Shown: in pieces, positions 38,331 to 52,064 of the stretch
Layout: each line of letters opens with the position of its first letter
Position numbering within the stretch: the first letter of the stretch is position 1
NCBI RefSeq assembly: GCF_963921235.1
Contig: NC_086111.1
Location: 38,750,001 to 38,814,000 of the forward strand
Origin: Mobula hypostoma
Lineage: Eukaryota
DNA length: 64,000 nt
Direction of reading: 5' to 3'
Notes under the pieces: model-generated
What the model saw: the letters and a program-made list of their open reading frames with translations, nothing else
The model's database searches: none
What the model was told of the DNA's origin: nothing
Position numbers and translations under genes: made by a program

Positions 38331-40688
38331 GTAAGTGTCTGAAAGGAAATAATTTTGCATTGCTATGAGGTGAAGATTATGAAAATGAACCAGCTGGATT
38401 GCTCTTGTGTAGCAAAAAGATATGAGGGTTACTTATTGTTTACATAGGATGTAGTGAACAGTTGGAACGAGCTGTCTGAGTAGGTGGTGGGGCCATACAA
38501 TTACAGTATTTAAAAGACATGTGGACCCTTAGTTGGAGAGGAAAGAAATAGTGGAATATTTGTGCGAAAATGGAATTACCATAGTTGGGTATCGTGTTTG
38601 GCATGGTTGCGGTGGGGCAGAAGAACCTGTTTCTGCACTGCAAGCTTCCATTATTCTATGAAAACCAGTATAGACTCAATGTCATGACAGTTCTACGGTT
38701 CTGTGACAGCAAGCATACATTTGTATATGGTTAATTACAAAGTGAAACTAGTATCTGCTGAATTGGAAATAAAGAAATTCCTGGGGGCGAGGTCATTTCC
38801 TGTTTATTTAAATCAGGACTGTGTAGAAACCTTCCACTTGGAGAATGACAATAATTTTTACAACAGTTAGAAATTTGACATAATCAGAATATCTTGGACT
38901 CAGGCGCAGTAATGTGGTCCCAGTACACATGAATAATATTACTCTCTATCCTGTGATTAATGTTTGTTTTTGCATTATGATGGTGGATCCCACTTATGAA
39001 ACTATGACTGCCTGTTATTATTATTATTATGAGTGCTAATGTAACATTTGGTTGGCTTATTTTGTTTATTATAATCTATTGAATGTGCACTGATCGATAA
39101 TGGATCTAAATTATTGATTATCCATCCAGTAATACAGAGATGGTTGTCTTTCTGTATTAGCTATATTAACTTTATAGTTTGTTATGTGCCCATCTGAAAT
39201 AATGCCATCATGTGCATTGTTATTCCTTAATGATGTCCTTTAATAAATATCTGCTCCTCTGCAATGATTTTACTGATTCAGATATAAATTATTTCAAAGT
39301 ATGTGTGTAAGTTCTAATAAACTGGTTAGGACCTTCATGCCTCAACACTCGGTTCTGTAATGTTCAGGTGGCTATTGTAGGCTTTTATTATGAATATGAA
39401 GGATGCATTGGTAATAAACCAGGTTCCAGCTACTGTGAATAAGCTGCAGTCAGGCATTCTCATAGTTAAAAATATAAACTACCTTATGAACCATGTTGCT
39501 AGGCCGTTATCCTTACATTCGAAATCTCTCATTATAGTCACCCCTCCAGCTCTCCTCCAATCAATTACATATTCTCTTTCTGTGTAGAGTGGCAGAGAGA
39601 GGGCCCTTGTCTCTATTAAATCTTCCAGGTTTGAGCACTGGAATGTTGCAGTAGTAGACCCCCCAAATAAAGCATGTTTTGAACTGCAATAGAGAATTTG
39701 AATCCATCCCATTTTGACTGAGTTCAACCAGCACCTTTAAACTAACAAAACATGTCAAGACATTTAACAAAGTGTTCCTCTTGCATTTTGTGTGTGTTAC
39801 TCGGGATTTCCAGCATCTGGAGAATCTCTTGTGTTTATTGTCTGTAATATGCTTGCCTTCCCAAGTTTAATGTGGTTACATCATCTTTCTTTAGATGTTC
39901 TTTTGTAAACATTCTTGACGATGCTTAAAATTAAAGAGGAACCAATACATGGCTACAGAGCTGGTAGACATGGTTGTTTAACGCTACTCTCACTTTGCTT
40001 TCACCCTGTGTTTTGAAAGTTTCTAAACATCCCAATTATGTACATGTTGGTATTGGGAAGTACTTTATCACCACGATGAGCTCTGGACTTAGATGATGGA
40101 AATGTTGCAGTGAAGTGCGGGAAATTGGAATTAGCTTGGCAGAGTTCTGCTGCAGTGCTGAATTTGGAGCAGAGTGAGTCCAGCTATGATCCGTGATTGA
40201 TTGTAAGTTATTCCTTTGTACAAACTGGACATAAGAAGATAAACAGGGAATCTAAGTTTAAAGTACAAAGTAAATTGATCATCAAAATACACCTACGACA
40301 CCATATACGACCCTGAGATTCAATTTCTTGCAGGCATACTCAGTAAATTCAATAACCATAATGGAATTAATAAAAGTCCACACCAACATTGTGCAAAAGA
40401 CAGCAAATTGTGCAAATGCAAAAAGAAAAAGAGATCATAATTATTATAAATAAATAAGCAATAAATATTGAGAACACAAGATAAAGAATCCTTGAAGGTG
40501 AGTCCATATGTTGTGGGAATAGTTCAACGATGGGGAAGGTGAAGGGAAGTTGTCCCCTCTAGTTCAACGGCCTGATGGTTGAGGGGTAATAACTGTTCCT
40601 GAACCTGGTGGTGTGAGTTCTAAGGTTCCTGTACCACCTTCCTGATGGCAACAGCAGGAACAGAGCGTGACCTCGGTGATGGGAGTCC

Positions 40689-42121
40689 ATAAGACCATAA
40701 GACAAAGGAGCAGAAGTCGGCCTTTCGGCCCATCAAGTCTGCTCCGCCATTTTGTCATGAGCTGATCCATTCTCCCATTTAGTCTCCCTCCCCTGCCTTC
40801 TCACCATAACCTTTGATGCCCTGGCTACTCAGATACCTATCAATCTCTGCCTTAAATACACCCAATGACTTGGCCTCCACTGCTGCCCATGGCAACAAAT
40901 TCCATAGATTCACCACCCTCTGACTAAAAAAATTTCTTCGCATTTCTGTTCTGAATGGGCGCCCTTCAATCCTTAAGTCATACCCTTTCGTACTAGACTC
41001 CCCCATCATGGGAAACAACTTTGCCACATCCACTCTGTCCATGCCTTTCAACATTTGAAATGTTTTTATGCGGTCTCCCCTCATTCTTCTAAACTCCAAG
41101 GAATACAGTCCAAGAGTGGACAAACGTTCCTCATATGTTAACCCTCTCATTCCCGGAATCATTCTAGTGAATCTTCTCTGTACCCTCTCCAACGTCAGCA
41201 CATTCTTTCTTAAATAAGGAGACCAAAACTGCTCACAGTACTCCAAGTGAGGTCTCACCAGCGCCTTATAGAGCCTCAACATCACATCCCTGTTCCTATA
41301 CTCTATTCCTCTAGAAATGAATGCCAACATTGCATTCGCCTTCTTCACTACAGACTCAACCTGGAGTTTAACTTTAAGGGTATCCTGTACGAGGACTCCC
41401 AGGTCCCGTTGCATCTCCGAACTTTGAATTCTTTCCCCATTTAATAATAGTCTGCCCATTTATTTTTTCTGCCAAAGTGCATAACCATACACTTTCCAAC
41501 ATTGTACTTCATTTGCCACTTCTCTGCCCATTCTTCCAATCCATCCAAGTCTCTCTGCAGACTCTCCGTTTCCTCAGCACTACCGGCCCCTCCACCTATC
41601 TTCATATCGTCAGCAAACTTAGCCACAAAGCCATCTATTCCATAATCCAAATCGTTGATGTACAATGTAAAAAGAAGCGGCCCCAACACAGAGCCCTGTG
41701 GAACACCACTGGTAACCGGCAGCCAACCAGAATAAGATCCCTTTATTCCCACTCTCTGTTTCCTGCCAATCGGCCAACACTCTATCCACGTATGTAACTT
41801 TCCCGTAATTCCATGGGCTCTTATCTTGTTAAGTAGCCTCATGTGTGGCACCTTGTCAAAGGCCTTCTGAAAATCCAAATATACAACATTCACTGCATCT
41901 CCCTTGTCTAGCCTACTGGTAATTTCCTCAAAAAATTGTAATAGGTTTGTCAGGCAGGATTTTCCTTTAAGGAATCCATGCTGAGTTCTGCCTATCTTGT
42001 CATATGCCTCCAGGTACTCTGTAACCTCATCCTTGACAATCGACTCCAACAACTTCCCAACCACCGATGTCAAGCTAACAGGTCTATAATTTCCTTTTTG
42101 CTTCCTTGCCCCCTTCTTAAA
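40689..42121 (-). mobile_element. Young 5'-truncated CR1 LINE with complete RT domain and one frameshift
   Basis: NYRPVSLTSVVGKLLE, QHGFLKGKSCLTNL, YLDFQKAFDKVPH, GVPQGSVLGP, KFADD; 1-nt frameshift near 41445; (GTCTTATG)n tail; TSD GAGTCC (40683-40688 / 42122-42127). Confidence 0.95.
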
Positions 42122-42334
42122 GAGTCCTTGTGATGGAGGCTGCTTCCTTACAACAGCGCTCCATGTGCTCCATATAGATGTGCTCAATGGTAAGGAGGAG
42201 GATTTAGCTTTGATGGACTGGGCCATAAGCACTACCTTATTTTTGTTCAGGATTATTGTGGTTTCTGTACCAGCCAGCCAATATACACTCCACCTGGCTT
42301 CTTTAGAAACTTGTCCAAGTTTTAGATAGATCAA

Positions 42335-45068
42335 GGCACGACTGCGCAGGCATGTGGACATGAGCGAATTAGACCAGTGGGAAGAATTTTAAAAGAACAC
42401 AGCTTTATAGAATGGGAGTCTGAGGAGCGGGTGACGGAGTAGGGGGTATCAGAGTAGGAGGGCTTTGGCAATAATGGGTCAAAGCAAGGTAAGTTACGTA
42501 TGAAGAATAGGAACAGGAAGTATGTCTGTGAGGCCGGTGTTCTATATTGGGTGTCAGATGTGGGATGTCTGGGAGACTCCCAGCCTCCCAGACAGGCACA
42601 TCTGCGCCAGGTGCATCGAGCTGCAGCTCCATAGGGACCGGGTTAGGGTACTGTAGATGCAGCTCAATGACCTTCGTCTGGTCAGGGAAAGTGAGGAGGT
42701 GATAGAGAGGAGCTATTGGCAAGTCATTACACTGGGGCCTGGGGAGACAGATAAGTGGATAACAGTCGGGAGAGGGAAGGATAAGAGTCAGATACTAGAC
42801 AGTACCCTTGTGGCTGTCCCCCTTAACAATAAGTATTCCTGTTTGAGTACTGTTGGGGGGAGGGGTGGTGTACGACCTCCCTGGGAGCAGCAACAGTGGT
42901 CGCGCCTCTGGCACAGTCTGACCCTGTAGCTCAGAAGGGTAGGGAAAGGAAGAGGATGGCAGCAGTGATAGGGGACTCTACAGTTAGGTGGGCAGACAGG
43001 TGGTTCTGTGGATGCAGTAAGGAAACACGGATGGTAGTTTGCTCCCAGATGCCAGGGTCCAGGATGTTTCTGATCACGTCCACAATATCCTGAAATGGGA
43101 AGGTGAACAGTCAGAAGTCGTGGTACATATTGATACCAACGACATAGGGTAGAAAAGAGAGGAGGTCCTGAAAACAGGCTACTGGGAGTTAGGAAAGAAG
43201 CTGAGAAGCAGGACCTCAAAGGTAGTAATCTCAGGATTGCTGCCTGTGCCACGTGACAGTGAGTATAGGAATAGTGAGGTGGAGGATAAATGCCTGGCTG
43301 AGGGATTGGAGCCGGGGGTAGGGATTCAGATTTCTGGATCATTGGGACCTCTTTGGGGGCAGGCGTGACCTGTACAAAAAGGATATGATGCATTTGAATC
43401 GGAGGGGAACCAATATGCTGGCAGGGAGATTTGCTAAGGCTATTGGAGAGAGGTTAAACTAGAATTGCTGAAGGGTGGGAACCAAACTGAAGAGACGGAG
43501 GAAGGGGCAGTTGGCTCACAAATAGAGAAAGCTTTTAGGCAGTGTGAGAGGGAGGACAGATAGAGAAGAGATGCACTCAGGTTGATGGTTTGAGATGTGT
43601 CTATTTTAATGCAAGGAGTATCATGAACAAAGCGGATATGTTTAGAGCATGGATCAATACTTGGAGCTATGATGTTGTGGCCAGTACAGAGATTTGGATG
43701 GCTCAGGGGCAGGAATGGGTACTTAAGAGTGCCAGGCTTTAGATGTTTCAGAAAGGACCAGGAAGAAGGCAAAAGAAGTGGGGGCGTGGCACTGCTGATC
43801 AAAGATAGTGTCACTGCTGCAGGAACGAGCCTGATTGAATTTTTTTGAGGATGTGACTAAACACATTGCTGAAGGTAGAGCAGTAGGTGTAGTGTATATG
43901 GATTTCAGCAAGGCATTGGATAAGGTACCCCATGCAAGGCTTATTGAGAAAGATAGGAGGCGTAGGATCCAAAGTGACCTTGCTTTGTGGATCCAGAACT
44001 GGCTTGCAGACTGAAGGCAAAGTGTGGTTGTAGACGGGTCATATTCTGCATGAAGGTTGGTGACCAGTGGTGTGTCTCAGGGACCCCTGTTCTGAGATCC
44101 CTTCTCTTTGTGATTTTTATAAATGACCTGGATGAGGAAGTGGAGAGATGGCTTAGCAAATTTGCTGATGACACAAAGGTTGGGGGTGTTGTGGATAGTG
44201 TGGAGGGCTGTCAGAGTTTACAGCGGGACATTGATAATATACAAAACTGGGCTGAGAAGTGGTAGATGGAGTTCAACCCAGATAAGTGTGAGGTAGTTAA
44301 TTTTGGTAGGTCAAATATGATGACAGAATATAGTATTAATGGTAAGACTCTTGGCAGTGTGCAGGATCAGAGGGATCTTGGGGTCTGCGTCCATAGGACA
44401 CTCAAAGCTGCTGCGCAGGTTGACTGTGGTTATAAAGTTATATGGTGTATTGGCCTTCATCAACCATGGGATTGAGTTCAAGAGCTGCGAGGCAGTGTTA
44501 CAGCTATATAGGACCCTGGTCAGACCCCACTTGGGGTACTGTGATCAATTCTCGTCACTGCACTACAGGAAGGATGTGGGAACCATAGAAAGGGTGCAGA
44601 GGAGATTTACAAGGATGTTGCCAGCATTGGGGAGCATGCTTTATGAGAGTTAAGTTGAGTGAACTTGGCCTTTTCACCTTGGAGCGACGGAGGATGAGAG
44701 GTGACCTGATAGCGGTGTACAAGATAATGAGAGGCATTGATCATATGGATAGTCAGAGGCTTTTCCCCAGGGCTGAAATGGCTAACACAAGAGGGCACAG
44801 TTTTAAGGTGCTTGGAAGTAGGTACAGAGGAGATGTCAGGGGTGAGTTTTTTTTACACAGAGAGTGGTGAGTGCATGGAACGGGCTGCCGATGATGGTGG
44901 TGGAGGCAGATACAATAGGGTCTTTTAAGAGACTCTTGGATAGGTACATGGAGCTTTAAAAAAAATGGAGGGCTATGGGTAACCTGAGGTAATTTTTAAA
45001 ATAAGTATATGTTCGGCATAGCATTGTGGGCTGAAGGACCTGTATTGTGCTGTAGGTTTTCTATATTT
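42335..45068 (+). mobile_element. CR1 LINE with 5' UTR, ORF1 (Zn-finger/leucine zipper plus SGNH esterase), start of APE, large internal deletion, RT and 3' UTR
   Basis: MSVRPV..CQMW...ICARC; VIGDSTVR; VVVHIDTNDIG; HLNRRGT; LRCVYFNARSIMNK (APE). Abrupt jump near 43825 to LIEFFEDVT...VYMDFSKA; KFADDTK; tail tgtaggttttctat. Confidence 0.9.
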
Positions 45069-46149
45069 CAAGTCCAATCTTCACAAACTTCTAAGGAAGT
45101 AGAGGTGCTGCCATGCTCTCTTCAGAATTGCACTTAGGTACAGGTCCTCTGAAATAATAACACCGAAAATCTAACGTTGTTGACTCTGCACCTCTGATCC
45201 CCTGATGAGAATTGGTTCATGGACCTCTAGTTTCCTCCTCCTGAGGTCTATAATTAGCTCCCTGGTCTTGCTGACATTGGCTTAGAGGTTGTTGTCGTGG
45301 CACTACTCAGCCAGGTTTTCAGTCTCCCTCCTCTGTGCTGATTCATCACCACCTTTTATTCAGCCTGTGACAGTGGTGTCGTCAGCAGACTTAAATATTG
45401 CATTGGAGCTGTGCTTAGCCGCACAGTCATAAGTGCAAAGAGAGACGGGCAGCGGACTTGTAGTGCACCTGTGCTGATGGATATTGTGGAGGAGATGTTA
45501 TCAATCCAAGCTAACTAGGGTCTGCAAGTGATGAAATTGAGGATCCGATTGCACAAGGAGGTACTGAGGCCAAGGTCTTGTTCTTACTGATTAGTTTTGA
45601 GGGGATGATAGTATTGAATGCCGAGCTGTAGTTGACAAAGATCATCCTGATATATGCATCTCTGCACCCAGGGTTGAATGAAGCACCAGTGAACTGGCAT
45701 TTGCTGTTGACCTGTTGTCAAATTGGAGCAGATCCAAGTCACTTCTCAGGCAGGAGTTGATGTGTTTCCTTATCAACCTCTCAAAACACAATCACAATGG
45801 GTGTAAGTGCTACTGGACGATAGTCATTGAGGCAGATTACCACAGTCTTATTAGGCTCCGGCATGATAGAAGCGTGCTTGAACTAGGTGGGTACCTCAGA
45901 CTGCTGAAGCGAGAGGTTAAAGATTTCAGTGAACACTCCAGCACAGGTCTTCAGTTACCCCATCTGGGTCGGATGCTTTCTGTGATTTCACCGTTCTTGA
46001 AGGATGCTCTCATGTCAGCCTCAGAGGGAAATCACAGGATCATTGGGGGCCGTGGGAGTATGTGATGCTTTCCATGTTTTGATGGTCGAAATCAGTAGTG
46101 TTGAGAATTGTGAAGAGCCATTCCCTTTGAGAGATATAAATACAATAGG

Positions 46150-48125
46150 AGAAGACAAAATGGTAGTGAAACGTGATCAGTAAAGATAAAGTTTGTGAAA
46201 ACTCATTGAGAAGTGTGACAGTCATAATGCTGGAAGAAATACTTAGATACTTAGATTTAGAATTGTAGATTCAAAACTGAGGGAAAGAGTGCTTTGAGAG
46301 ATGCCTGATCTTTGAAAAATAGTTGGCATGGGGATTCATCATTTAGTAATTTAGTGAGTCAACAGGACAGAAAGTGAACAGTATGTCAGCAGCTTGTAAA
46401 CTCGAGAGAACCTTAGGGGGTGATGGAAAAGCTCAAACTAAGGGTAAAAATACAGGACATGAATGTTGTAATTATGGAAGAGAACCTGAGTTTTACACGA
46501 GAGAATTACACCCTTTTTCTAGTTTAGCACATTAAAGGTACACAAAGAGCAATTTTTTGCATGCGTTTGTGCTGGGAACAAACATGTAATCACCCAGGCC
46601 AATCAACTGATGAGGAGCTAGGAGCAAATTTTTTTGTCTGTGATCAGTGCTTGTTTGGATGATGAGTTGTGTGCTATCAGAGTCAGGTGGCCATCTGAAA
46701 TTTCCAGTATGCAAAAGAAACCAATGAAATGTAACTCTGTTTCATGGTACAAAGAAACTTCCAAAGATTTTAAACTTGCAAAAGCAGAAACACTTGCAGT
46801 AAATCTATGATTATAGCTTATTGGTAAAACTTCTGTCCCTGTTGAAGGACAGGTATAATTACTGATCCCGTTTGAGCAATAAGCAGTGTACGGTGAAATG
46901 AAAGTGAGTGGGTAATGTGACTTTAGGATTTGCTGGGCCAAAAGGCATATTTGAGCATGGATATTATCATGTATAGTATATATAATTCAAAAACTATCGA
47001 GCACCATCCACTGGAATCAGTGTATAACTGTAATTGGCTATAAGACAGGAACCAAAGAATGTTTAATGCAGAAGTATACTCATTTGTACAGTGATGGAAT
47101 TTGACAACATAAAGGAGAGTATTTAAGCAGTAATGTTAGCATTAGACAAAAGCAGACAAAGTTACTAGATGTTTCAGTTAGACTTGTGTTTGTGTTCCAG
47201 TCACAGTTCTGAAAGCTTGTATCAATTCATGCGTGGTAAATATGGTTACATCCTATAGCCCTGAATAAACCTGTTAACAGAGACCTTTATAGCCACTGTA
47301 AACAATAGAACATCTAGCCATCCGCATACAATGTTTGAAATGACTTTTGGAACATTAATTTAGTTGAATATTGTTGTTTGTAGCTACTTTCCATTCACCA
47401 TTTGGGAGGACAACAGAAGCATATGTAATGCACAGATTTATAATTGAACTTTTCCAAAGGAAAGTATATGAACTGGTGAAATGACTTTAGTCAATTCCTG
47501 ATGATTTTGTGGCTGTAGGACAGGGGTCTCCAAACTTTATTATGCCATGGACCAAGGCGATTAAACAAGGGGTCCGTGGACTCCAGGTTGGGAACCCTTG
47601 TAGGATTCAGAGAAAAATTAGAATAAGTAACTTAAGATCATGATTACCATTTAGACTCATTTCTTCAAAAGTTTAGAGATCATTGAGTGTGTTAGATAAA
47701 GTCATAGTAGCAAAAATTTGTGTTTTTAGAGCTATTGCCATGGACCCGGAAATGTATTCAGATCCAGCCTGGGTTAAAGCAGTTTTGGAAATGCCATCAC
47801 TGACAGATGCAGAGCTTGTCTAATGGTGTTTCTGAGCATGTGTCATTTTCCCTAACCTATTAGCCATGGTAAAACCCCTCAGACATTCAGCATGAAATGC
47901 TTCTGGAGAAAATCCCAAAAAGTGGTGCTAAGGTAAGGTTGTGATCACTAATTTATTGGGGTATCTTCAAGAAGTGACTTCATAAACTGATGCTGCTCAG
48001 ACCAGATTTTGACAACAATGATGCATACTGGACAATGATTTGCCTGTGGAATAGGGATTGCTATAGAAACAGATCAAAGATGTACAAATGGAGTTGGGGC
48101 TTTTGGTGACAAGTTTTGAACAGTA
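46150..48125 (+). mobile_element. Very degenerate Gypsy-like internal remnant
   Basis: Gag-like DSKLRERVL (about 46270) and RT/RNase H linker-like DPAWVKAVLEMPSLTD (about 47760). No LTRs identified. Confidence 0.4.
47521..47600. mobile_element. Tiny hAT MITE
   Basis: caggggtctccaaact ... aggttgggaacccttg TIRs; tgtagga repeated on both flanks. Confidence 0.65.
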
Positions 48126-48640
48126 TAGAGTCATGGAGAAGTACAGAACAGAAACAAGTCTTTTGGCCCATCTAGTCCATGCTGAAACCATTTAAACTGT
48201 CTACACCCATACCTATGTACCTATCCAGACTTCTCTTAAACATTGAAATCAAACTCGCATGCACAACTTGTGCTAGCAGCTCATTCCACACTCCCACAAC
48301 CCTCTGAGTAAAGAAGGTTCCCCTCATGTTCTGCTTAAACTTCTCACCTTTCACCTATAACCCATGACCTCTGGTAGTCCCCCACATCCTCCTGGGGAAA
48401 AAGCCTGCTTATCTATACCCCTCATAATTTTGTATACCACTATCACGTCTCCTTTCCATCTTCTACATTCTAAAGAATATAGTCCTAACCTTTTCAATCT
48501 TTCATTATATCTCAGATCCTCCAGACCTAGCAACATCCTTGTAAGTTTTCTGTATACACTTTCAACCTTGTTTTACATCTTTCCTGCAGGTAGGTGACCA
48601 AAACTACACACAGTACTCCAAATTAGGCCTCACAAGTGTC
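48125..48640 (-). mobile_element. CR1 3' fragment
   Basis: Minus remnants RLKRLGLYSLECRR and FFTQRVVGVWNEL. Confidence 0.85.
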
Positions 48641-49669
48641 CAGAATCTCTTTGGAAAAGATGTGATAGGTGTTGAAAATATCGTGAATGAGAAACAATTG
48701 CTTTCACATCAAAAAAAAACTGAAAATGTTGTCAAAAGTTTTCAGTGGAAGTAGCATTTGAAAAAGGAAAAGTGATGCTATTAGCAGTTACAATGAGTAA
48801 AGCATAATTTTCAGAAGCTTGGAAGCAACTAAATTATCATTTAACAATACTGTCCTGGGGTCAAGTAGAACTTACTGAGTGTTTCTATGCATTGATTTTC
48901 AAGATAATTTAACTGTGTAGGGAAATATAATACTCAAGAACAAGAGATTGTATCAGCTGTGGTACATAAAGAGTCAAGTCAGTTACTCTTACAACATATG
49001 TTGCCGCAGGAGACTGCAGTTGTTAAGCCCAAGATTATCTTGGCTTTAGACAATGACTACACTGAAGCAGTATCTTTCAAATAGTACTATTAGTTTAGTA
49101 CAGTGAAATTGCCAATTTAGAGGACCTTTATTTCAACATATCATTGAGGCAAGGTTATGAATTTTGTGAGTTACATGGTCTTATTGTATATGTGATTATT
49201 ATAATAGCTTTATTGAAGTGCGTTGAACTACTTCAACTATTGTCAATAGTGTTTTGAAATAGCTTTGAATATCCTAATTAGTCATAATGGACTTTACATC
49301 TGTAATTTTTTTTGTGTTTGGAGAAACTTGCTGTTTATGACAATCAACAGCATCACGTCTACAACCACAATTATATAAAAACGCTGCAAGTGCTTCCAGA
49401 ATTGGTAGGAGTTTTAACAGTCCTAACCCACAGATAATTAAAATAATAAATATTGCAGATAGAGTGGATCCTGATTAACTAGGACACCTCGGGACCAGTA
49501 TATTTTGGCCCAATTAATAGGCTGCCCCAATTAACTGAAGTTGTATGGAAATAGTTAAAAAGGTATAAAGGAGACAAACTAATTTTAATTCAGTTAGAAG
49601 TTGTATATTTAAGTGAAATACAGGACTAATTAGAACACTACCAATACTACCACCGTGCTAAAAAACTGA

Positions 49670-50103
49670 TTGAGTTGCCTGGGACTATACTCTCTGGAAT
49701 TCAGAAGGATCAGAGGGGATCTTATAGAAACATACAAAATTTTGAAAGGGATAGATAAGGTAGAAGTAGGAAAGTTGTTCCCATTGGTAGGTGAGACTAG
49801 AACTAAGGGACATTGCCTCAAGATTCAGGGGAGAATATTTAGGACGGAGATGAGGAGAAACTGTTTTCCCCAGAGAGTGGTGAATCTGTGGAATTCTCTG
49901 CCCAGGGAAACAGTTGAGGCTTTTTCACTAAATATATTTAAGATAGAGTTAGATAGATTTTTACATAGCAAGGGAATTAAGGGTTATGGGTAAAAGGCAG
50001 GTAGATGGAGCTGAGTTTACGGGCAGATCAGCCATGCTATTGAATGGCGGGGCAGGCTCAATGGGCCAGATAGCCTACTCCTGTTTCTATTTCTTATGTT
50101 CTA
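49670..50103 (+). mobile_element. CR1 3' fragment
   Basis: LGLYSLEFRRIRGDLIETYKILKG...QRVVNLWNSLP; 3' UTR ending ttcttatgttct. Confidence 0.9.
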
Positions 50104-50124
50104 ATTGTTATCAATGGAGGAATT

Positions 50125-50540
50125 AGTCATAGTCATAGTCATAGTCATAGTCATAGTCATACTTTATTGATCCCAGGGGAAATTGGTTTTCGTTACAGTT
50201 GCACCATAAATAATAAATAGTAATAGAACCATAAATAGTTAAATAGTAATATGTAAATTATGCCAGTAAATTATGAAATAAGTCCAGGACCAGCCTATTG
50301 GCTCAGGGTGTCTGACTCTCCAAGGGAGGAGTTGTAAAGTTTGATGGCCACAAGCAGGAATGACTTCCTATGACGCTCTGTGCTGCATCTCGGTGGAATG
50401 AGTCTCTGGCTGAATGTACTCCTGTGCCCAACCAGTACATTATGTAGTGGATGGGAGACATTGACCAAGATGGCATGCAACTTAGGCAGCATCCTCTTTT
50501 CAGACACCACCGTGAGAGAGTTCAGTTCCATCCCCACAAC
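50125..50540 (-). mobile_element. Rex1/Babar 3' fragment with (GACTAT)n tail
   Basis: Minus ORF SHPLHNVL...RSTFSQRLIPPRCSTERHRKSFL.VAIKLYN; (AGTCAT) x6 at about 50125-50161. Confidence 0.85.
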
Positions 50541-51594
50541 ATCCAGTGTACGCTGCTGTGTTCTATAGTTTGAGTGTAACTGAACAAAATCAGTGCAGAC
50601 ACCTAGTGCAGATTATGGATTGCCTTCGTATAATTGCATCCTCCAAATTTTCATTTTCATTATAACGTTCAAGAGGATCGTGATACCTTCAAATACTTCA
50701 CAGTTTCTAACTTGTTGATTCTAATTGTTTCATTTTCACATCTGGCCATTTCTGGCATCTCCAAGCCTGAATGGTAAAAACTGCAGTGAGTGAAACAGTT
50801 CGGAATTGTCTCGTTGATTACTTTTCAATAATCAGTGATAAAAATAACTGCTTTTTCAACACAAACTTGTGCAACTGATGCTATTTGAAAAGTGTTTGTT
50901 TTAAGGACTGACGGTAGTTAGAAACTGTTTGGCAACAGACTCCTGTCTCAATTAAGTGGCATAGAGTTTCAAATAAATGAAGGGAATCCCAGCTTTTTTT
51001 GATTAGTTTTAGTTCTTTAAGAGTTGTACCAAATAAGTGGCTGCCCCGATACCGACAGCTCAATTAACTGGAATCCACTGTGCTGGAAATCTGAAATAAA
51101 AGCACAGTGTTTGAAGCTCTTTACAGGTCGGGCAACATCTATGGAAAGAGAATTAGTGTTAACATTTTGGAGATCAATATAAACTGTTTCTGCCTCCCTA
51201 ATACTTCTAGTGTCCTCTGATTTTTTTTTCAGATTTTCAGCATCTTCAGTTTTTAAACTCAATATTCATCTTCAACTGCTTAATCAATGACTATCCATAC
51301 ATAAAAATATTGTTTGTGTAAATGTCTGTTGATGGCTGTAGAATGCTCATTTCTATTTGGTAGAAATATGGGAGGCTTTTAAAAAGGAGATGTTTCAGCC
51401 ACAGTTTGGTACATTCCATGAGGGAGAAGGGGAAGAGGATTAAAACCAGGGATTTATGCATCATTAGAAGATAGATAGAAAAGTGGCAGGTAAAATTTAT
51501 TTCCCCAAAACTGCCATCTGCACCATCAGAACATCAGAAACCTGGAAGCCATCGCTGACCCTAAAGTCAACTGGACTGCCACACAAATTCTGTG

Positions 51595-51730
51595 AGAGAC
51601 AAGAGAATCTGCAGATGCTGTAAATCTTGAGCAACGTGCACAAAATGCTGGGGAGGAGCTCATCAGGTCAGGCAGCATTTATAGAGGTAAATGAACAGTC
51701 TGTATTTCAGGCCAAGATTCCTCATCAGGG
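51595..51730 (-). mobile_element. PLE terminal fragment with degenerate hammerhead
   Basis: tctgcagatgctg...gagcaacgtgcacaaaatgctgg...atttcaggccaagattcctcatcagg. Confidence 0.65.
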
Positions 51731-52064
51731 TACACTATTCTAACAATTTCTCCCACACCTATACTCTCTATCACCAAGCAGGATAAGGGAAATAGTCACA
51801 TAGAGAGGCATTGAACCTCACTTCTGAAATTCCTCTTGTAAGAGCATTATGGGAATATCTTTAGACAGACATCATTCAAGAAGTTGCTCACTATCACTTT
51901 CTGATGTCAGTCAGGTAGGGCTGATATATCTTGCCTTTGCTTACCATGTCTAGATCTTGACAAATGAAACCTTTTCACAGGTTGCATTGATTCTCACAAA
52001 TTTGAAATTTTAGTCTTGTTGCAATATACCATGAAGGAATAAAAACTCAGAAATTACACTGAAC

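Larger units (their letters stand above)
40260..46090 (-). mobile_element. Rex1/Babar LINE split into three pieces (about 40260-40688, 42122-42330, 45070-46090) by two CR1 insertions
   Basis: Minus strand gives LPSGRWY...RFRNSYYP (40560-40680), LYFLRSL (about 45090) and KSADDTTV (about 45370-45390). Sequence is colinear across the insertions. Confidence 0.75.
49460..51080. mobile_element. Tigger-like non-autonomous DNA element containing nested CR1 and Rex fragments
   Basis: Imperfect TIRs tagagtggatcctgattaact / caattaactggaatccactgtg with sub-terminal ggctgcccc and caattaa repeats. Confidence 0.6.

Noticed and set aside
41441-42361. 306-aa RT ORF as an active retrotransposon or domesticated gene
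   Set aside because: 5'-truncated CR1 with no endonuclease. The N-terminal 80 aa are read-through from flanking Rex sequence, and there is a frameshift near 41445.
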